DNA from: Candidatus Binatia bacterium
GTDB taxonomy: Bacteria > Desulfobacterota > Binatia > Bin18
Assembly (NCBI GenBank): GCA_963664395.2
Contig: OY761159.2
Coordinates: forward strand, 3,744,001-3,808,000
Direction: 5' to 3'
Length of the DNA stretch: 64,000 bases
Position numbers and translations under genes: made by a program. Of the stretch, positions 20,215 through 29,958 are shown one piece after another; position 1 is the stretch's first letter, and each line of letters begins with the position of its first letter. The notes beneath the pieces were generated by a model, which ran no database searches, was not told the DNA's origin, and worked only from the letters and a program-made list of their open reading frames with translations.

Positions 20215-21921
20215 ATGGCAAAAATGACTGGTGCACAGATCACAATCGAAAGCCTTCTGGCCGAAGGCGTGGATACCATTTTCGGCTACCCCGGTGGAGC
20301 GATTCTGCCCACCTATGACGCTTTGGTACAAAACCCGGCCCTTCGGCATATTCTTGTCCGGCACGAACAAGGCGCTGCGCATATGGCCGAGGGGTATGCG
20401 CGTGTATCCGGCCGACCGGGCGTCGTGCTCGTGACCTCAGGGCCGGGGGCAACCAATACGGTCACCGGCATCGCTGACGCCTACATGGATTCAACTCCAC
20501 TGGTAGTGATTTGTGGCCAAGTGCCGACCAATATGATCGGCAATGACGCCTTCCAGGAAGCTGACGTGACCGGCATTACGCGCCCCTGCACGAAGCACAA
20601 CTATTTGATTCGTGACGTAAACGACATCTCCCGAACGATTAAGGAGGCGTTTCATATTGCCGGCAGTGGGCGGCCGGGGCCGGTTCTGATTGATCTTCCC
20701 AAGGACGTACAAACCGGCGAAGCCGAATTTTTCTACCCTGAAACGGTCAATCTGCGGGGCTATAAGCCTACCCTCAAAGGAAACACCCGACAGATCGAAC
20801 GGGCGCTTGAAGTCATTGAACAGTCCGAACGGCCACTCTTCTATGTTGGCGGTGGGGTCCAGTGGTCCGGCGCATCCGAGCCGCTCACCGCCCTGGTCCG
20901 AGGGCTCAAGATTCCTATTACGACGACGGTTATGGCCTTGGGCGTTTATCCCAGCGCCGACCCGCTGTGCCTTGGGATGCTCGGCATGCACGGGGGATAT
21001 TGGACGAATATGGCCGTCCAGAACTGCGACGCCCTGATTGCCGTTGGCGCACGTTTTGATGATCGGGTCACCGGCCGGACGAGCGACTTTGCGCCCAGAG
21101 CAAAGAAAATCGTTCATATCGATATTGATCCCTCTTCAATCAGTAAGAACATCAAAGTCGATGTGCCCATTGTTGGTGATATCAAGGCAGTCTTGCAGGT
21201 AATGCTTGGGAAAGTCAAAAGCCAGGAACAACTGGCCGCGCAGCAGCAAAAATGGGCCGACTGGCATACCCGGATTATGGACTGGAAGCGGGAAAAACCG
21301 CTGCCTTATAACCTACAAGGCCCTAATGGAGAAATTCTGCCGCGGGCGGTGCTGGAAGAGATCAATAGACTCACCGGGGGTGAGGCTATTGTCGTGACTG
21401 ATGTGGGCCAACACCAGATGTGGGCTGCTCAGATGATGGAGTTTACCCAGCCACGCTCATGGCTGACGTCGGGTGGATTGGGAACCATGGGCTATGGTTT
21501 GCCTGCCGGGATTGGTGCCCATTTTGCCGCGCCGGACAGGCAGGTCGTGGTGATTAGCGGTGACGGCAGTATTCAGATGAACATTCAAGAACTGTCCACC
21601 GCCGTGCAGTATAACGTTCCGGTCAAAGTTGTCATCCTGAACAACCACTATTTGGGCATGGTTCGGCAGTGGCAGGAGAAGTTCTACGAGGAGCGCTACT
21701 CCCACTCCTATATGGACGCAATGCCAGACTTTGTAAAACTGGCCGAAGCCTATGGGGCTAAAGGATTTCGGGCGGAAAAATCGTCCGACTTGTCCGCCAC
21801 GCTGCAGGCTGCATTTGCGGAGTCGGGGCCCGTTCTGGTTGAAATTGTTATTCCGAAAAGTGAAGGTGTTTTTCCCATGGTGCCGGCTGGTAGCGCCATG
21901 CACGAAATGCTCTTTGCGTAA
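20215..21921 (+). CDS. ilvB: Acetolactate synthase large subunit
   Basis: FGYPGGA, RHEQ, TSGPGATN, DAFQE, GMLGMHG, RFDDR, GDGS..N ThDP motif, GMVRQWQ. Confidence 0.96.
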   Translation: MAKMTGAQITIESLLAEGVDTIFGYPGGAILPTYDALVQNPALRHILVRHEQGAAHMAEGYARVSGRPGVVLVTSGPGATNTVTGIADAYMDSTPLVVICGQVPTNMIGNDAFQEADVTGITRPCTKHNYLIRDVNDISRTIKEAFHIAGSGRPGPVLIDLPKDVQTGEAEFFYPETVNLRGYKPTLKGNTRQIERALEVIEQSERPLFYVGGGVQWSGASEPLTALVRGLKIPITTTVMALGVYPSADPLCLGMLGMHGGYWTNMAVQNCDALIAVGARFDDRVTGRTSDFAPRAKKIVHIDIDPSSISKNIKVDVPIVGDIKAVLQVMLGKVKSQEQLAAQQQKWADWHTRIMDWKREKPLPYNLQGPNGEILPRAVLEEINRLTGGEAIVVTDVGQHQMWAAQMMEFTQPRSWLTSGGLGTMGYGLPAGIGAHFAAPDRQVVVISGDGSIQMNIQELSTAVQYNVPVKVVILNNHYLGMVRQWQEKFYEERYSHSYMDAMPDFVKLAEAYGAKGFRAEKSSDLSATLQAAFAESGPVLVEIVIPKSEGVFPMVPAGSAMHEMLFA

Positions 21922-21949
21922 CGAGCCGAACTGGAAAAATGGCAGAGTC

Positions 21950-22255
21950 GTGGAAAGAGATACGCCGCAAAAGTCTGAGAGCGAACACTCTCCAGATCAC
22001 GCCCAAGACGGCTTCCAGGATCATTTTCAGGACCATTTCTATAAGGGGGTGATCCAGAAGATCTTTTCCGGCAATGAAACTGGCATCGTTTTGAGTGACT
22101 CCGGAAAAGAAATTCCCTTTGTCTTCCCGTTCTTACGGTTGATCGGGGCACCTCGTCTGGACATTCGATTTCTGACCGAAGGGATGCGCGTGGGCTTTGA
22201 CGTTGGCTGGACCTCAAAGGGGCTGCGCATATCGGTCTTGAAAATCTACGACTAG
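21950..22255 (+). CDS. Hypothetical protein, possible OB/cold-shock-like fold
   Basis: GVIQKI..ETG, LTEGMRVGFDVG..SKG resembles cold-shock strand pattern; start uncertain. Confidence 0.55.
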   Translation: MERDTPQKSESEHSPDHAQDGFQDHFQDHFYKGVIQKIFSGNETGIVLSDSGKEIPFVFPFLRLIGAPRLDIRFLTEGMRVGFDVGWTSKGLRISVLKIYD

Positions 22256-22285
22256 TCCTCATCTTCTGATGAGACATTGCGAGGC

Positions 22286-23116
22286 TTAGAGTGGCAGCGT
22301 TGTCCGAAACAGCACAAACCGCCCCAGAAATTCGCCCACAATAGCCGCGAGAATGGCGATATAAAAGAGACCGGTTGCAGCCATTGTTTGTGGAATCTGG
22401 AGCGTCCGCCAAATCATATAGGCGACGCCGAGTGAGGCCAGCGGTCCCAGCCCAAAGCGCATCCAAAGCAAGGTCTGATGGTCCGTCCAGAGCGCGCTCA
22501 CGCTCGCCCGTGTCGCCACGTTACCACTCACTAAGAGGACCAAAAGGCCGAGGGCAAGGGTTGTTAAATGGACGACGATAGTACCGGCGTAGAATTTGAA
22601 GATACGCCTGAAGGGGTCAAGAGAGAGGTCAAGCTCAATGAGGTACCAATGGCCCAGGGACATGCCCGTTGCGACCGCACCCAGCATCAAAGCCGAGGTC
22701 AGAAAACTGAGTGGGTAGAAGAGCGTCTCGAATGAAAAAAATGGTGCGGTGCGATATATGTTTGCGCTGAAACTCAGCGCACACAGGCCTGAGATGAGCG
22801 TAAAGAGATAAGCCCGGGCCCGCAAGACAAAGCGATTCCCCCATAAAGTATAGGTATACAGGCCACCCACCACGCAAAACAGCAGCCACAAACTGACTTC
22901 AAACGTCCGCATATTCCAAAGTGTTTCCGGCAGCGCGGAGTAGGCCAGGGAAAGCTTTCCGATGAAGATGGTCAGCCCGCAGCCAAGATAGACGCAGGCC
23001 GTGGACTTGAAAAACCCACGTTCAATCTCATGAAACCCCGGAACACTCAGGGCAAAGACGCCGCCAAAGGCAAGCTGGCCGAAGATGAGGAGAAAAACAT
23101 GCGCAAAGTCCGTCAT
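22286..23116 (-). CDS. Polytopic membrane protein of unknown function
   Basis: About 8 hydrophobic segments; LGHWYL and ATGLFY motifs. Confidence 0.75.
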   Translation of the reverse strand: MTDFAHVFLLIFGQLAFGGVFALSVPGFHEIERGFFKSTACVYLGCGLTIFIGKLSLAYSALPETLWNMRTFEVSLWLLFCVVGGLYTYTLWGNRFVLRARAYLFTLISGLCALSFSANIYRTAPFFSFETLFYPLSFLTSALMLGAVATGMSLGHWYLIELDLSLDPFRRIFKFYAGTIVVHLTTLALGLLVLLVSGNVATRASVSALWTDHQTLLWMRFGLGPLASLGVAYMIWRTLQIPQTMAATGLFYIAILAAIVGEFLGRFVLFRTTLPL

Positions 23117-23295
23117 GCCCGGACTGTATCGACCCCCGGATATGAGCTCAAGCAGGGGGGAGTTCTCTCAGCTCTGAGGTGCGGACTGCCGGAATGGGCT
23201 TGAGTAGGCTCCCGGCTTCCTGCCTTGCTGTTCCTCAGCGCAACTGGTAGGAGAACAAAGCATACCCTCGGATTGAAGAATGTGAGCGAGAAACT

Positions 23296-23790
23296 GTGGC
23301 AAAATCGCTGATTACGGACGAAATCCGCACTTGGATCGGTCGTCAGGCTCCACCCTGGACGATTGAGGTCACGGCGCTGGATGTCAAACGTTTTGCGGTG
23401 GCAACCGATGATGCCAACCCGCTCTACACCGATACGGAGCGGGCCAGACAGAGCCGCTCTGGCGGGCTGATCGCACCGCCCCTGTTCTATATGGCTCCGC
23501 TGACGGACCCGGTGCCCGAAAGCGCACTCCGCCCGGATGGACTCCCCGCTGAAGGGCGCTTTCCCATTCCGCCGACCCCACTCCCGCGCCTGATGGATGG
23601 CGGGACAGACATCGAGTTTTTTGTTCCAATTCGTGTTGGCGATACCCTCACGGCACGCAGTATAATAGTGGATATCTACCAGAAAGACGGGCGCTCCGGA
23701 CCCTTGATCTTTGTGGTGAGAGAGACCACGTATACGAATCAAAACGATGAGATCGTCGTCATTGAAAAAGGCTCGTCTATTTTACGCTAA
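23296..23790 (+). CDS. MaoC-like dehydratase (N-terminal-type hot-dog fold)
   Basis: VKRFAVAT.D.NPLY, IAPP, MDGG.IEFF.PIRVGD, K.GRSG. Confidence 0.85.
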   Translation: MAKSLITDEIRTWIGRQAPPWTIEVTALDVKRFAVATDDANPLYTDTERARQSRSGGLIAPPLFYMAPLTDPVPESALRPDGLPAEGRFPIPPTPLPRLMDGGTDIEFFVPIRVGDTLTARSIIVDIYQKDGRSGPLIFVVRETTYTNQNDEIVVIEKGSSILR

Positions 23791-23812
23791 TGGGCGCTGA
23801 GGCTACAACGTC

Positions 23813-24259
23813 ATGGATGCACAGCTTTATTTTGAAGACGTAACCGAAGGGATGACGTTGCCGAATCTGGAGAAGACGCCGTCAAACACCCTGCTGTTCC
23901 TGTATAGCAGTATCACCTGGAATCCGCAGCGGATTCACTTTGATAAAGATTTTACCCAAGGCGAAGGCTACCGCGACATTGTTGTCCATGGGCCGCTGCG
24001 CGGGGCGTTTTTATCGCAATTGTTGACGGGTTGGATAGGGGAAGAGGGCACGCTGAAGAAGCTGTCGTATGCCAACCGCGATATTGCCTATGTCAATGAG
24101 CGCCTGGTGTGTAAAGGGATGGTGACCAAGAAGTGGGTCGAAGCGGGGACGGGACATGTCGCCTGCGAGGTATGGGTTGAGAATGCGGAAGAGGCTCGTC
24201 TCACGCTTGGGAGTGCCACGGTCCTCCTGCCTTTGAAAACCGCTGAAAACCGCTCTTGA
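23813..24259 (+). CDS. MaoC-like dehydratase
   Basis: YFEDV.EG, NPQRIHFD, VVHGP. Confidence 0.85.
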   Translation: MDAQLYFEDVTEGMTLPNLEKTPSNTLLFLYSSITWNPQRIHFDKDFTQGEGYRDIVVHGPLRGAFLSQLLTGWIGEEGTLKKLSYANRDIAYVNERLVCKGMVTKKWVEAGTGHVACEVWVENAEEARLTLGSATVLLPLKTAENRS

Positions 24260-24288
24260 TCCGACAAGTACAGCCTAAAGGAGTCTGC

Positions 24289-25038
24289 ATGGCGCAATCA
24301 CGCCTGACTATTATTCATACCTCTGATGTCCATCTTGAAAGCGACACCTTTGGCCGAGGAGAAGCCGGCCAAGCCTATCAACGTCGCATTCAGGATGCAT
24401 TTCGAAATGTTGTTGACCTGGTGTGCCAGCAGCAGGCTGACTTATTTCTCATTGCCGGAGACCTGTTTGACTCAAACCGTATACCGGAATCCGGGATCGA
24501 ATTTGTCGATGCCGAACTCCGGCGCGTGCCCTGCCCGGTTATCCTCATTCCTGGCAATCATGACTGTTATGATCACCGTTCGGTATACAAAAAGGCTGAT
24601 TTCACCCAAGCCGGCCCGCATGTCCACACACTGACGGAAGAAGGAGGACGCACAATACAATTCCCGGAACTTCAGGCAACGGTGTGGGGCAAAGGTCTGG
24701 TCGAGCATGACCCATCCTTCCGCCCACTTGCCGGAGTCCCGAATCGCCAAGGAGATTGGTGGCATATTGGTATGGCGCACGGCTATTATGTCGAAGAGGA
24801 GGAAACACAGCGCTCTTCGCCAGTGAAGCCGGAAGAGATTGAACAATCCGGCCTGGATTATCTGGCTATGGGGCATGTGCATGTCTTCAACGATCTCAGT
24901 CAGGGAGCAACAACGTCGTGTTACCCTGGCACGCCGGCCCCGTTATATATGGGGGTGGATGATGGCGGGAGCGTTGCGGTCGTGACTCTTGATCCGGACC
25001 AAGGCGTGCTGCTGAGGCGGCAGAAGGTCGTGCTGTAA
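24289..25038 (+). CDS. Metallophosphoesterase (SbcD/Mre11-like)
   Basis: HTSDVH, AGDLFD, PGNHD, HG, DYLAMGHVH, YPGTP. Confidence 0.88.
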   Translation: MAQSRLTIIHTSDVHLESDTFGRGEAGQAYQRRIQDAFRNVVDLVCQQQADLFLIAGDLFDSNRIPESGIEFVDAELRRVPCPVILIPGNHDCYDHRSVYKKADFTQAGPHVHTLTEEGGRTIQFPELQATVWGKGLVEHDPSFRPLAGVPNRQGDWWHIGMAHGYYVEEEETQRSSPVKPEEIEQSGLDYLAMGHVHVFNDLSQGATTSCYPGTPAPLYMGVDDGGSVAVVTLDPDQGVLLRRQKVVL

Positions 25039-25131
25039 TATATTCCAAGCCCCCGTGGAACAGGGGCGCGTGCCCGACTTTTCTGTTACGTCCTGGTTTT
25101 TTCTTCACCCTTAATTTGCTAAGAGGAAAGC

Positions 25132-25713
25132 ATGGCTGAGCGAGCGGATATACGGCGACGGCCGCAACGGACAACGGTGAGAGATATTCTCCGTACCGCG
25201 GTCAATCTCGAAAAAAAGGCCATGGCGCTCTATATGCAGTTTACCCGCATGTTTGAGGGCCAGGAGGAGCTACGGAAGTTCTGGTTCAGTATGGCTCGTC
25301 ACGAAGCCAGCCATCTTGGGGCGCTGGCACTCGTAGAAGGAGTGGTTGAAAACGATCCTGATGTTGCGGAGAGTAGCAAAGTCTGGTTCGATCCTTCGAC
25401 CGTCGTACGCCTCCGGTCTCTCTTGAATGTCTATAGTCGCGAGGCTGAGAAGGAGATTTCAGTCGAGCGCGCCTTTGAAATGGCCATTGATGTGGAAGGC
25501 TCCGAGCTAGAAGACGTTGTGGTTGATCTGCTCCAGGTCGTGCGTGAACAGATGGTCCGTGACCAGGCGATCAAGCTCCTCATTCACGATCTGAGTGACC
25601 TGAGTTATATGGTCGAGAAGTTTACCCAGAATGAAGCCTTGCTGGCGCGAGCAGATGCGCTAGTCGACCACCGGGTTGACGCGCTTGCTATCGATCAAGG
25701 TCAGAAGGCATGA
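25132..25713 (+). CDS. Ferritin-like/rubrerythrin-like protein
   Basis: AVNLE..A..LY, ExxH (EASH), AIDVE.SE. Confidence 0.7.
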   Translation: MAERADIRRRPQRTTVRDILRTAVNLEKKAMALYMQFTRMFEGQEELRKFWFSMARHEASHLGALALVEGVVENDPDVAESSKVWFDPSTVVRLRSLLNVYSREAEKEISVERAFEMAIDVEGSELEDVVVDLLQVVREQMVRDQAIKLLIHDLSDLSYMVEKFTQNEALLARADALVDHRVDALAIDQGQKA

Positions 25714-25765
25714 TGAGTGCTGCGCGCAAGACGCGTGAAAACCTCTTCTCAGGAGAGATAAGCTG

Positions 25766-25951
25766 ATGAATCCTGTCGTCATACAAGCCACCCTCTGTCT
25801 TCTTATCGGCCTGTGGGGCTTGTCCATGATCGTCATGGGAATGGTGTGGCGTAATGCCATCTGGCTCGGTCTTGGCGCTGCCGTTCTCGTGGTCGGACTG
25901 CCATTTATGCGTAATCTTCTACCCGATCAATTGAGACGCGGCTTGATGTAG
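25766..25951 (+). CDS. Small membrane protein
   Basis: 61 aa, two TM segments, AGGAG upstream. Confidence 0.55.
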   Translation: MNPVVIQATLCLLIGLWGLSMIVMGMVWRNAIWLGLGAAVLVVGLPFMRNLLPDQLRRGLM

Positions 25952-26019
25952 CGTCTCGGCTCCTTGTCCTCAATCCTCCCACTGTTTCCAATATGCTTGA
26001 CCAGCATTCCTTGTAAGCC

Positions 26020-26430
26020 ATGTTTCTTCGCCTTCTCGTATTATTTACGCTGGTGCCGCTCGCGGAGCTATATCTGCTCCTCCAGGTCGGCAGTGCCCTC
26101 GGAGTCGGCCTGACGATTCTCCTGGTTGTCGGCACAGGTGTTGTTGGCGCGTATCTGGCACGGCTGGAAGGCTGGCGGACGCTGCGGCAGATGCAGGAGA
26201 ATCTCCACAACGGTATTGCGCCAACCGGAGAGATCATTGACGGAGCCCTTATTCTCGGGGCCGGACTGCTCTTGATTACCCCTGGAATTGTGACCGATAC
26301 TGTCGGTTTCAGTCTGCTCTTGCCCCCAACCCGGTCCGCGCTGAAGCGCGCCATTCGGCGGCGTCTTGAAGCTCATAGGCCCGCCTCCTCGTCCACCATT
26401 GAGGTCGAAGTCATCCGTCGGACGGACTGA
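26020..26430 (+). CDS. fxsA: FxsA family membrane protein
   Basis: VPLAEL, EG, GLLLITPGIVTDTVG, LPPTR. Confidence 0.9.
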   Translation: MFLRLLVLFTLVPLAELYLLLQVGSALGVGLTILLVVGTGVVGAYLARLEGWRTLRQMQENLHNGIAPTGEIIDGALILGAGLLLITPGIVTDTVGFSLLLPPTRSALKRAIRRRLEAHRPASSSTIEVEVIRRTD

Positions 26431-26550
26431 CGGGTTGTCCTGAGGAGCTGGAGATAGCCGCCCTTTCGGGAACTTCAGCGTGAGGTAGACTGCGCCTTTT
26501 AGCCTTCGCCCTGCGCAAGAGGAGGGGGAGGAGGGCTGCACCGCGGTGCT

Positions 26551-26691
26551 TCACACGTAATCGTCTGCGCGCTGCCGATTCTGCGGACACGAGGCGCAGC
26601 CTGTTTTTGCACGTCTGGGCCAGAGTGAGCAGCCGAGGTAGAATGCCGCGCCGACGATAACCGAGAATATCAGGAGGGTTTGGAGGTCCAT
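26551..26691 (-). CDS. FeoB-associated Cys-rich membrane peptide (46 aa; not in ORF track)
   Basis: MDLQTLLIFSVIVGAAFYLGCSLWPRRAKTGCASCPQNRQRADDYV, starting 3 nt after the feoB stop. Confidence 0.75.
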   Translation of the reverse strand: MDLQTLLIFSVIVGAAFYLGCSLWPRRAKTGCASCPQNRQRADDYV

Positions 26692-26694
26692 AGT

Positions 26695-28920
26695 TTAACT
26701 GATAAGCCGACTGCCTATTTGGTATACAGCCAAGGCTCCAAGATACGCCAGGCTCGTCATATAGACAAATGTAAAGAGCGGATAGCCCCAGGAATTGGTT
26801 TCCCGCTTGATGGTCGCCAGAGTGGCCCCGCACTGACAGCACAGGGCAAAAAAGACCATGATCGAAATCGCCACAAGCGGCGTATACACCGGTCGGCCGT
26901 CCGGCCAGCGCTCCGCCCGCATGGCCTCACGCAATTCGACGCTCTCTTCATCCTGGCCGGCACCCAGATTATAGATCGTACCAAGTGCGGCAATAATGAC
27001 TTCACGTGCAGGAAAACTAGCCAGCGTAGCCATGCCTATTTTCCAGTCCCAGCCTAGGGGCTGAACAAACGGCTCAATCGCCCGTCCGGCCTGTCCGAGA
27101 TAGCTTTCGCGCAAGCGAACGCCGGCCACTTCGCTCTCAAGAAGCGCCAGTTCGGCTTCCGTGGCGGTCGCCCGGCGGGTCTCAAACTCTTCTGAGACGA
27201 GGTCCTGATTCGGATAATAGCAGAGTGCCCAGACCAGGATGGTTGTGGCCAGGATGATACTCCCGGCGCGCCTTAAAAAGGCCATGCTCCGGTCGTACAT
27301 GCGAAACAGAACCACGCGCCAGGCTGGCATCTTAAATGGCGGCAGTTCCATGAGAAAAGGAACTGTTTCACCACTGAGGACTGTGCGCTTCAATACCCAA
27401 GCAATTGGTGGTGCGATGAGAAGGCCGAGACAATACATGAGAAAGAGCGTCAGTCCCTGCAAACCAAAAATCCCCCACACGGTCTGGGCCGGGATAAAAG
27501 CCGAGATCAGCAGCACATACACGGGCAGCCGCGCGCTACAGCTCATCAGGGGCGCGATAAGAATGGTCGCAATCCGATCCCGCTGATTGTCGATCGTTCG
27601 AGCCGCCATAATGCCCGGAATTGCGCAGGCGAAAGAGGAGAGCAGCGGAATAAAGCTCCGCCCCGACAGTCCGAAGCCGGCCATCACGCGATCCATAAGA
27701 AAAGCCGCCCGTGCCATATAGCCGGAATCTTCAAGGATGGCGATCAAACCGAACAGCATCGCAATTTGCGGGACAAATACCACCACCGCGCCCACCCCGC
27801 CGATCACGCCATCGACAATCAGGCTTTGCAGCGGACCTGCCGACAGCGCGCTGCCGACCCAGGAGCCCAGCGCCGAAAAGACGATGTCAATGCCATCCAT
27901 GAGCGGCAGCGCCCAGGAAAAAATGGACTGGAAGGTCACACCCATAACGCTCAGAAAAATCACCAGCCCCCAGACTTTATGGGTGACAAGAGAGTCAATC
28001 AGCTCGGACCAATCTGTCCGGCCACGGTTCACGATGGGTGAAGAGCGCCGCGTGTCCTCCACGACCTGAGCGATCCACGCATAGCGGTGATCCACTTCCA
28101 TCTGCGGGAGCTGAACCGCACCAGCGGCCAAGCGCTGGCGGGCCGCATGGGTGGAGTCCCGCACCTGCGCTCCGTGCTGTTGGGTGAGGTCTTGCTCAAC
28201 CATGCCTCCGGCGTCGATCAGCAGCCGCTCAACCAGAAAGTGAGGGAAACGGGCAGTCGGGTGGGCCTGGGTGAGCTGCTGGGTCAGCGTCCGGACCTCT
28301 TGCGTGAACGCTTCGGGAAACACAACCGGTCGGGGTGGGGGGGCGGCTGCGGTGAGCGTATCGCACAAGGTCTGACGTAATTGATTGATCCCCTGACGCC
28401 TTGTGGCCTGAACCGGGACGACACGCACTCCCAAGTGTTTCTCAAGAGCGGCAATATCAATATGTATGCCCTGCTTTTCCGCCAGATCGAGCATGGTCAA
28501 CGCAACGACGCAGGGAAGCCCGATATCCATGATCTGGGTCGCAATATAAAGATTGCGATCGAGATTAGTCGCATCGACAACACACAGGACGCCATCCGGT
28601 GCAACTGTCTCGTTGCCATAGCCGAGCAGGACGGAGACAGCGACCATCTCATCCGGCGCGCGAGGCGCAAGTGAATATATACCCGGCAGATCAACTGCGA
28701 GAAACCGGACACCATTCTGACGAAATTTGCCGAGCGCACTTTCGACCGTCACACCAGGGTAATTCCCGGTGTGTTGGCTTAGTCCGGTGAGCGCGTTAAA
28801 GAGTGTCGTCTTACCTGTATTGGGATTCCCAATCACGGCAACCCGATAGGAACCGGCACCGATTGGCGTGGAGGCGGTGCGATGCGCTGAAGGTGCTGCT
28901 GAGGGTGTTTCGGCATTCAT
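26695..28920 (-). CDS. feoB: Ferrous iron transporter B
   Basis: GNPNTGKT, GNYPGVT, DLPGIYSL, EDSGYMARAA, CSARLPVY, MELP. Confidence 0.97.
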   Translation of the reverse strand: MNAETPSAAPSAHRTASTPIGAGSYRVAVIGNPNTGKTTLFNALTGLSQHTGNYPGVTVESALGKFRQNGVRFLAVDLPGIYSLAPRAPDEMVAVSVLLGYGNETVAPDGVLCVVDATNLDRNLYIATQIMDIGLPCVVALTMLDLAEKQGIHIDIAALEKHLGVRVVPVQATRRQGINQLRQTLCDTLTAAAPPPRPVVFPEAFTQEVRTLTQQLTQAHPTARFPHFLVERLLIDAGGMVEQDLTQQHGAQVRDSTHAARQRLAAGAVQLPQMEVDHRYAWIAQVVEDTRRSSPIVNRGRTDWSELIDSLVTHKVWGLVIFLSVMGVTFQSIFSWALPLMDGIDIVFSALGSWVGSALSAGPLQSLIVDGVIGGVGAVVVFVPQIAMLFGLIAILEDSGYMARAAFLMDRVMAGFGLSGRSFIPLLSSFACAIPGIMAARTIDNQRDRIATILIAPLMSCSARLPVYVLLISAFIPAQTVWGIFGLQGLTLFLMYCLGLLIAPPIAWVLKRTVLSGETVPFLMELPPFKMPAWRVVLFRMYDRSMAFLRRAGSIILATTILVWALCYYPNQDLVSEEFETRRATATEAELALLESEVAGVRLRESYLGQAGRAIEPFVQPLGWDWKIGMATLASFPAREVIIAALGTIYNLGAGQDEESVELREAMRAERWPDGRPVYTPLVAISIMVFFALCCQCGATLATIKRETNSWGYPLFTFVYMTSLAYLGALAVYQIGSRLIS

Positions 28921-28959
28921 GGCGATATAACAATGGGCTTACCGGCCCACTACTATTTT

Positions 28960-29187
28960 TTATGGCTCGACAAGACGAATCCGCGCAGCTTCTTGTCGCC
29001 GGAGCGCGAGGTGAAAGCCCCGGATACGTATCTGCATGGGGTCGCCAAGCGGCGCAAAACGTATGACCTGAACGGTTTGACCGCTTGTAAAGCCGAGTTC
29101 AGCCAGACGCTGGCAAATACCGTCTGTTCCCGTGATGGAGTGAATACATCCCTGCTCTTCGGGGACGAGGTCGGCAAGTGTTTTCAT
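28960..29187 (-). CDS. feoA: Ferrous iron transport protein A
   Basis: RLAELGF..G, APLGDP, LALR..EA. Confidence 0.93.
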   Translation of the reverse strand: MKTLADLVPEEQGCIHSITGTDGICQRLAELGFTSGQTVQVIRFAPLGDPMQIRIRGFHLALRRQEAARIRLVEP

Positions 29188-29237
29188 GTTTTGAGTACTG
29201 AATTCTTTCTGTATTTTTTTTGTTCTTATCTTATACT

Positions 29238-29264
29238 AATTGAAATTGATAATCAATTTCAATT
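29238..29264. promoter_or_regulatory. Fur-like operator upstream of feoA
   Basis: Perfect 13-1-13 palindrome AATTGAAATTGAT-A-ATCAATTTCAATT. Confidence 0.8.
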
Positions 29265-29430
29265 CTATAAACAAGCCCCGCTGAACAATAGTTCGGCTCC
29301 AGTTCGCAATCCGATATCGCTGAGCCAGTTGGTGTAGTGGGCATAGCGGCCCTAGCGAGTATTCCTGTGAATGATAGCGTGAGTCTGAGACGAGACCGCT
29401 GTAGAGAAAGAGAATGATAAAGAGAATGAT

Positions 29431-29649
29431 ATGGCAAAAGCGACTATCCGTGTCTTAAAGAATGGTCCCTATGAAGTCCGAGGAGAAACGAATGTAACCG
29501 ACAGGAGGGGGAGGAAGCACCTTGGGCAAAAAGATCCCCTCTATTTATGTCGGTGTGGTCAGTCCAAGAATAAACCGTATTGTGATGGAAGCCACGCAGA
29601 GACGGGCTTTCAGGCTGAGGAGAGTGCTGTTGAGGTGACTCGGAGGTAG
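29431..29649 (+). CDS. CDGSH iron-sulfur domain protein
   Basis: NGPY, LCRCGQSKNKPYCDGSH. Confidence 0.93.
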   Translation: MAKATIRVLKNGPYEVRGETNVTDRRGRKHLGQKDPLYLCRCGQSKNKPYCDGSHAETGFQAEESAVEVTRR

Positions 29650-29801
29650 GAGTAGCCAATCCCGGTCGTGAAACAGAGAAAACAAAAACGGGCAATTCTA
29701 TGGAGCCGCAAAAATCCTGCGTCTCCTCCAGTAACGAAACCCCCTGACGTAAACCTTTGTCTGCTTTTACTTGTACCGGGGCTCGGGCGTTATTCGGGTT
29801 C

Positions 29802-29861
29802 AATTGAAAATGACTTTCAAAATCGTTTGTAGGGGCTAATTGAAAATGACTTTCAAAATCG
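29802..29861. promoter_or_regulatory. Two identical Fur-like boxes
   Basis: AATTGAAAATGACTTTCAAAATCG at 29802-29825 and 29838-29861; core TTGAAA-N5-TTTCAA. Confidence 0.75.
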
Positions 29862-29888
29862 ATTCCTCAATAAAATCAATAACTTACG

Positions 29889-29917
29889 TTGACAAACGCG
29901 CCGGCCGGGTGTAGGCT
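29889..29917 (+). promoter_or_regulatory. Sigma70-like promoter for the ferritin-like gene
   Basis: TTGACA-17bp-TAGGCT. Confidence 0.55.
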
Positions 29918-29958
29918 GTAGACATCGTTAACCAGAAACACTCATCACAAGGAGATTC

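Noticed and set aside
20215-22255. ilvB lacking an adjacent ilvN/ilvH
   Set aside because: The regulatory subunit may be encoded elsewhere; not assessable from this window
26535-26553. TGA of the FeoB-associated peptide followed by palindrome GCACCGCGGTGC as a possible fourth Sec site
   Set aside because: Stem starts 1 nt after the TGA rather than 10-13 nt, and no UxxC context results
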